This document shows positions 34,665 through 38,065 of a DNA stretch of 38,065 nucleotides, piece after piece (within the stretch, counting starts at the first letter, position 1; every line of letters begins with the position of its first letter). Both the position numbers and the translations under genes were made by a program. The notes beneath the pieces were generated by a model. It was not told the DNA's origin. It ran no database searches and was given only the letters and a program-made list of their open reading frames with translations. The stretch spans positions 1-38,065 of IMG/VR virus record IMGVR_UViG_3300042567_000178; one strand, given 5' to 3'. This DNA is from a virus. Its lineage: Duplodnaviria; Caudoviricetes.

Positions 34665-34672
34665 TGTAAATA
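34665..34672 (+). promoter_or_regulatory. Late promoter (TGTAAATA) for the core/protease/scaffold/capsid genes
   Basis: TAAATA box in the intergenic gap, upstream of AGGAG and the ATG at 34708. Confidence 0.55.
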
Positions 34673-34707
34673 TTACTGACAGCTCACAATCTATAGGAGA
34701 TTTAAAA

Positions 34708-35583
34708 ATGACTGACCGTTCAAAATTTGAGCAGATGCTCGAACATCTTATTAATGAAGATGAACAAAAAGCTAAAGAATTATTTCATGACATCGTGGTT
34801 GCAAAGTCACGTGAGATTTATGAAACTCTAATTTCTGAAGACTTTGATGAAGGCATGATGCCTGATGAAATGCCAGCTGAAGAACCAGAAATGGAAGCCA
34901 GCGACGAATTTTCCGGCGATGACGCAACCGACGACATGATGGGCGACATTGAAGGTGGAGATGAAGAAGAAGGTGGTGACATGGGTGGTGACGACGTATC
35001 ACTAAGTGGTGGTGACGTTGATGAACTACAAGACCGTGTTGTGGACCTAGAAGATGCATTAGATGCATTACGTGATGAATTTGAAAGCCTAATGGGCGGC
35101 GAAGAAGGTGGCGATGACATGGGCGGTGATGACATGGGTGACGAACCAGTTCCTGAAATGGACGGTATGTCACAAGAAATGCCAGCAATGGAAGTTCGTG
35201 ATGACGACGAAGATGAAGATAACAACAACAACACAGATGAAGCTTTCATTCGTGAATACGTAGAAAAAGTTACAGCAGCCAAAGGTGGCGATGACGGTGC
35301 AAATACAAAAAGCACAGTAGCTAAAAAGAATGACATGGGTGGTACAAGTGGTAACCTAAACAAAGCATTTGCTGACAACGGCAAAGGTGGAACACAAGGT
35401 GGTTTACTAAACCCAAGTACTAAAGATTTGAATTCAGGTAACGTAAATGTTCCTGGAGGCAAAGCAGGCGTGAAGCACCTAAAAACTGTTTCAGGCGGAC
35501 ACGGTGCAGAGAAGAAAAGCACTGGTGACAATGGCGCAAATACCAACAGCCCAATTAATGGTGCTCCAGGTAGAGCGAAGTAA
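34708..35583 (+). CDS. Highly acidic prohead core/scaffold-associated protein (gp67/gp68 position)
   Basis: D/E/G/M-rich low-complexity protein between the portal and protease genes. Acidic N-terminal two thirds and a basic G/K/N tail. Confidence 0.65.
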   Translation: MTDRSKFEQMLEHLINEDEQKAKELFHDIVVAKSREIYETLISEDFDEGMMPDEMPAEEPEMEASDEFSGDDATDDMMGDIEGGDEEEGGDMGGDDVSLSGGDVDELQDRVVDLEDALDALRDEFESLMGGEEGGDDMGGDDMGDEPVPEMDGMSQEMPAMEVRDDDEDEDNNNNTDEAFIREYVEKVTAAKGGDDGANTKSTVAKKNDMGGTSGNLNKAFADNGKGGTQGGLLNPSTKDLNSGNVNVPGGKAGVKHLKTVSGGHGAEKKSTGDNGANTNSPINGAPGRAK

Positions 35584-35590
35584 TTAGCAT

Positions 35591-36226
35591 ATGCAAAAGA
35601 TGAACTATCTTCGTGAGAACCTCAGCTTTGACCAAGCCCGTATGGTGGTTGAGTCTGAGGGTGAAAACGGGAAAAACTTGTACATGAAAGGTATCTGTAT
35701 ACAGGGCGGCATTAAAAATGCTAACCAACGTGTATATCCTGTAGACGAGATTGAGCGAGCTGTCAAAACTTTGAACGATCAAATTACTGGCGGATATAGT
35801 GTACTAGGCGAAGTAGATCATCCAGATGACTTAAAAATAAATTTGGACCGTGTTAGCCACATGATTACTGAAATGTGGATGGACGGTCCAAATGGTTATG
35901 GAAAGTTCAAGATTCTGCCAACTCCAATGGGCCAACTAGTGCGAACTATGTTGGAATCCGGCGTAAAGTTGGGAGTTTCCAGTCGAGGCTCAGGTAACGT
36001 CAGTGGTGACGGAACTGGAAGAGTCAGCGATTTTGAGATTATCACAGTAGATGTGGTAGCTCAACCCAGTGCACCAGGTGCATATCCAACACCAATTTAC
36101 GAACACTTAATGGGAACAAGAGGTGGTCTTAATGCCTTGCGTATAGCGCAAGAGGTGAAGGGTGACCCTAAAGCACAGCGTTATCTTAAAGAGAGCTTAT
36201 TAGGTATAATAAGCAAGCTCCAATAA
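35591..36226 (+). CDS. gp21: Prohead core protease
   Basis: 'LYMKGICIQGGIKNANQRVYP', 'LGEVDHP', 'LGVSSRGSG' and 'TVDVVAQPSAPGAYP' carry the His/Ser/Asp catalytic motifs. Confidence 0.96.
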   Translation: MQKMNYLRENLSFDQARMVVESEGENGKNLYMKGICIQGGIKNANQRVYPVDEIERAVKTLNDQITGGYSVLGEVDHPDDLKINLDRVSHMITEMWMDGPNGYGKFKILPTPMGQLVRTMLESGVKLGVSSRGSGNVSGDGTGRVSDFEIITVDVVAQPSAPGAYPTPIYEHLMGTRGGLNALRIAQEVKGDPKAQRYLKESLLGIISKLQ

Positions 36227-36239
36227 AAAGGAGAATCAC

Positions 36240-37334
36240 ATGTTGGATGTTTTAAAAAATCTATTTGAGAACAATGTGATTTCTGAGGAACTCAAAGCTC
36301 AGATTGAGGAATCATGGCAAACTCGTGTAAACGAGAATCGTGAAGCTGTCACTCAAGAGTTAAGAGAAGAGTTTAGTCAACGATATGAACACGATCGTCA
36401 AGTGATGGTAGAAGCCATTGACCGCATGGTCAGTGATCAACTAGCACCTGAAATTGCTGAATTTATTGAAGACCGCGCTCAGTTAGCCGAAGCTAAAGCC
36501 AAGTATGCAGTTAAGATGAAACAAGATGCACAGGTTATGAAGGAATTCGTAACTCGTCAACTAGCTTCTGAAGTAAGAGAATTGCATGAAGACCAAAAAG
36601 TCATGGCTGATAAATTCTTCAAACTAGAAGAATTTGTAGTAGAAGCACTAGCCAATGAAATTGCCGAGTTTTATAAAGACAAGCAGGATCTAGCTGAAAC
36701 GAAAGTTCGCTTGATCCGTGAAGGTAAAAAACAACTTGCTGGTATTAAATCTGAGTTTGTAAGTCGCGCAGCCAAGATGGTTGAATCTGTAGTTGAGACT
36801 AGTTTGAAGAATGAACTAACACAACTACGTGAAGACATTGACGCCGCACGTAAAGCAGACTTTGGACGTAAAATATTCGAAGCTTTTAGCAACGAATTCC
36901 AAACAAGTTACATTAATGAAAAATCAGAAACTGCAAAATTGCTCAAGGTCATAGACAAGAAACAATTTGACGTTGTTGAGGCACAAACTGTTGCCGTGAC
37001 AGCACAAAAAATTATAGAAAGCAAAGAGGCAGAGATCCGTGCATTGAAAGAAAGCATGGTGAGAAAATCAACTATGGGTGAACTATTGGCACCGTTAAAT
37101 TCGGACCAAAAAGAAATCATGGGTGAATTATTAGAAAGTGTGCAGACCGCAAAACTGCATGACAGTTTTAACAAGTATTTGCCTACAGTAATTGAAGGCA
37201 ATGCTCCGCAGAAGAAACAGGCTCTTGTAGAGGCAAAAGAAATTACAGGAAATAAAATTTCCAACAGCAACCGTAGCAGTGAGAACGACAATAACATCGT
37301 TGATATTCGTCGACTCGCTGGACTAAAAATTTAA
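36240..37334 (+). CDS. gp22: Prohead scaffolding (core) protein
   Basis: Glu-rich coiled-coil protein between the protease and capsid genes. AAGGAG Shine-Dalgarno. Confidence 0.85.
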   Translation: MLDVLKNLFENNVISEELKAQIEESWQTRVNENREAVTQELREEFSQRYEHDRQVMVEAIDRMVSDQLAPEIAEFIEDRAQLAEAKAKYAVKMKQDAQVMKEFVTRQLASEVRELHEDQKVMADKFFKLEEFVVEALANEIAEFYKDKQDLAETKVRLIREGKKQLAGIKSEFVSRAAKMVESVVETSLKNELTQLREDIDAARKADFGRKIFEAFSNEFQTSYINEKSETAKLLKVIDKKQFDVVEAQTVAVTAQKIIESKEAEIRALKESMVRKSTMGELLAPLNSDQKEIMGELLESVQTAKLHDSFNKYLPTVIEGNAPQKKQALVEAKEITGNKISNSNRSSENDNNIVDIRRLAGLKI

Positions 37335-37345
37335 GGAGAATTTAA

Positions 37346-38065
37346 ATGTCAGAACTACTACACGGCCGTTGGCAGGAAACTAAAGAGGCCCTACTTGAAG
37401 GCCTACAAGGTACCAAGCGCACAGTTATGTCAACTACTCTCGAGAACACTCGCAAGTATTTGTCAGAATCTGCTTCAACTGGTTCTACTTCTGCCGGCAA
37501 CGTCGCAACACTAAATCGCGTGATCCTTCCAGTGATCCGTCGCGTTATGCCTACCGTTATTGCTAACGAGTTAGTAGGTGTACAACCAATGACTGGTCCA
37601 GTTGGTCAAATCCATACACTACGTGTTCGCTACAGCGATACACTAAGTGGTACATATGGTGCTACTGCTGGTGAAGAGGCATTGAGCCCATTCAAGATTG
37701 CTGAAGGCTATTCCGCTAATAACGGTTCAGCTGTAACAGCCGCAGCCACAGCAGCCTTAGAAGGTTCTGCTGGTAAGCGTATGTCTATTCAGATCTTGAA
37801 ACAGACAGTTGAAGCTAAGACACGTAAGTTATCAGCTCGCTGGACGTTTGAAGCTGCTCAAGATGCACAAGCCCAACAAGGCATTGACATCGAAGCAGAA
37901 ATCATGGCTGCTCTAGCTCAAGAAATTACTGCTGAAATCGATCAAGAGATCATTTCTTCATTAACAACTTTAGCTGGTACACAAAACCGTCAACAATACG
38001 ACCAAGCTGCCGTTAGCGGTACAGCAACATTCGTAGGTGATGAACATGCTGCCTTGGCAGTTATG
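37346..38065 (+). CDS. gp23: Major capsid protein (partial; runs off the window end; absent from the ORF track)
   Basis: AAGGAG then ATG at 37346. Translation MSELLHGRWQETKEALLEGL...ILPVIRRVMPTVIANELVGVQPMTGPVGQIHTLRVRY...KQTVEAKTRKLSARWTFEAAQDAQAQQGIDIEAEIMAALAQEITAEIDQE. Confidence 0.97.
   Translation, partial: MSELLHGRWQETKEALLEGLQGTKRTVMSTTLENTRKYLSESASTGSTSAGNVATLNRVILPVIRRVMPTVIANELVGVQPMTGPVGQIHTLRVRYSDTLSGTYGATAGEEALSPFKIAEGYSANNGSAVTAAATAALEGSAGKRMSIQILKQTVEAKTRKLSARWTFEAAQDAQAQQGIDIEAEIMAALAQEITAEIDQEIISSLTTLAGTQNRQQYDQAAVSGTATFVGDEHAALAVM

Noticed and set aside
34772-35546. Antisense ORFs of 242 aa and 138 aa
   Set aside because: Shadow frames of the low-complexity acidic gene (Ser/Pro or His/Arg rich); no independent signals.
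1-38065. Stop-codon reassignment, inteins or introns in core genes
   Set aside because: The standard code gives full-length, densely packed ORFs using TAA, TGA and TAG stops. Portal, gp46, gp47 and gp21 have normal lengths with no intein motifs seen.

Overview
This window is from a large, AT-rich, T4-like (myovirus-type) bacteriophage genome and is almost fully coding in the standard genetic code. 20-22438 (- strand) is a baseplate/tail operon: gp48/54-like, gp53-like, gp27-like hub, gp5-like spike, gp25, gp6 and a giant 4416-aa mosaic baseplate/adhesin protein. 22515-26827 (+) is a non-structural block behind a near-consensus sigma70 promoter: late sigma factor gp55, Mre11/Rad50-like gp47/gp46, a small basic protein and a stand-alone GIY-YIG domain. 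It is followed by a ~500-nt ORF-free, densely base-paired region that looks like an unannotated large structured RNA. Next come a probable internal head protein, a gp26-like tail chaperone with an apparent programmed -1 frameshift into an unannotated 77-codon frame, and a divergent tape-measure-like gene. The head module follows: portal gp20, a small ORF, a putative glycosyltransferase-fold protein, an acidic core protein, gp21 protease, gp22 scaffold and a truncated gp23 major capsid. Late genes are preceded by a TAAATA box. All product calls come from motif recognition and synteny, without database searches. The most novel candidate is the pairing of the minimal GIY-YIG protein with the structured RNA.
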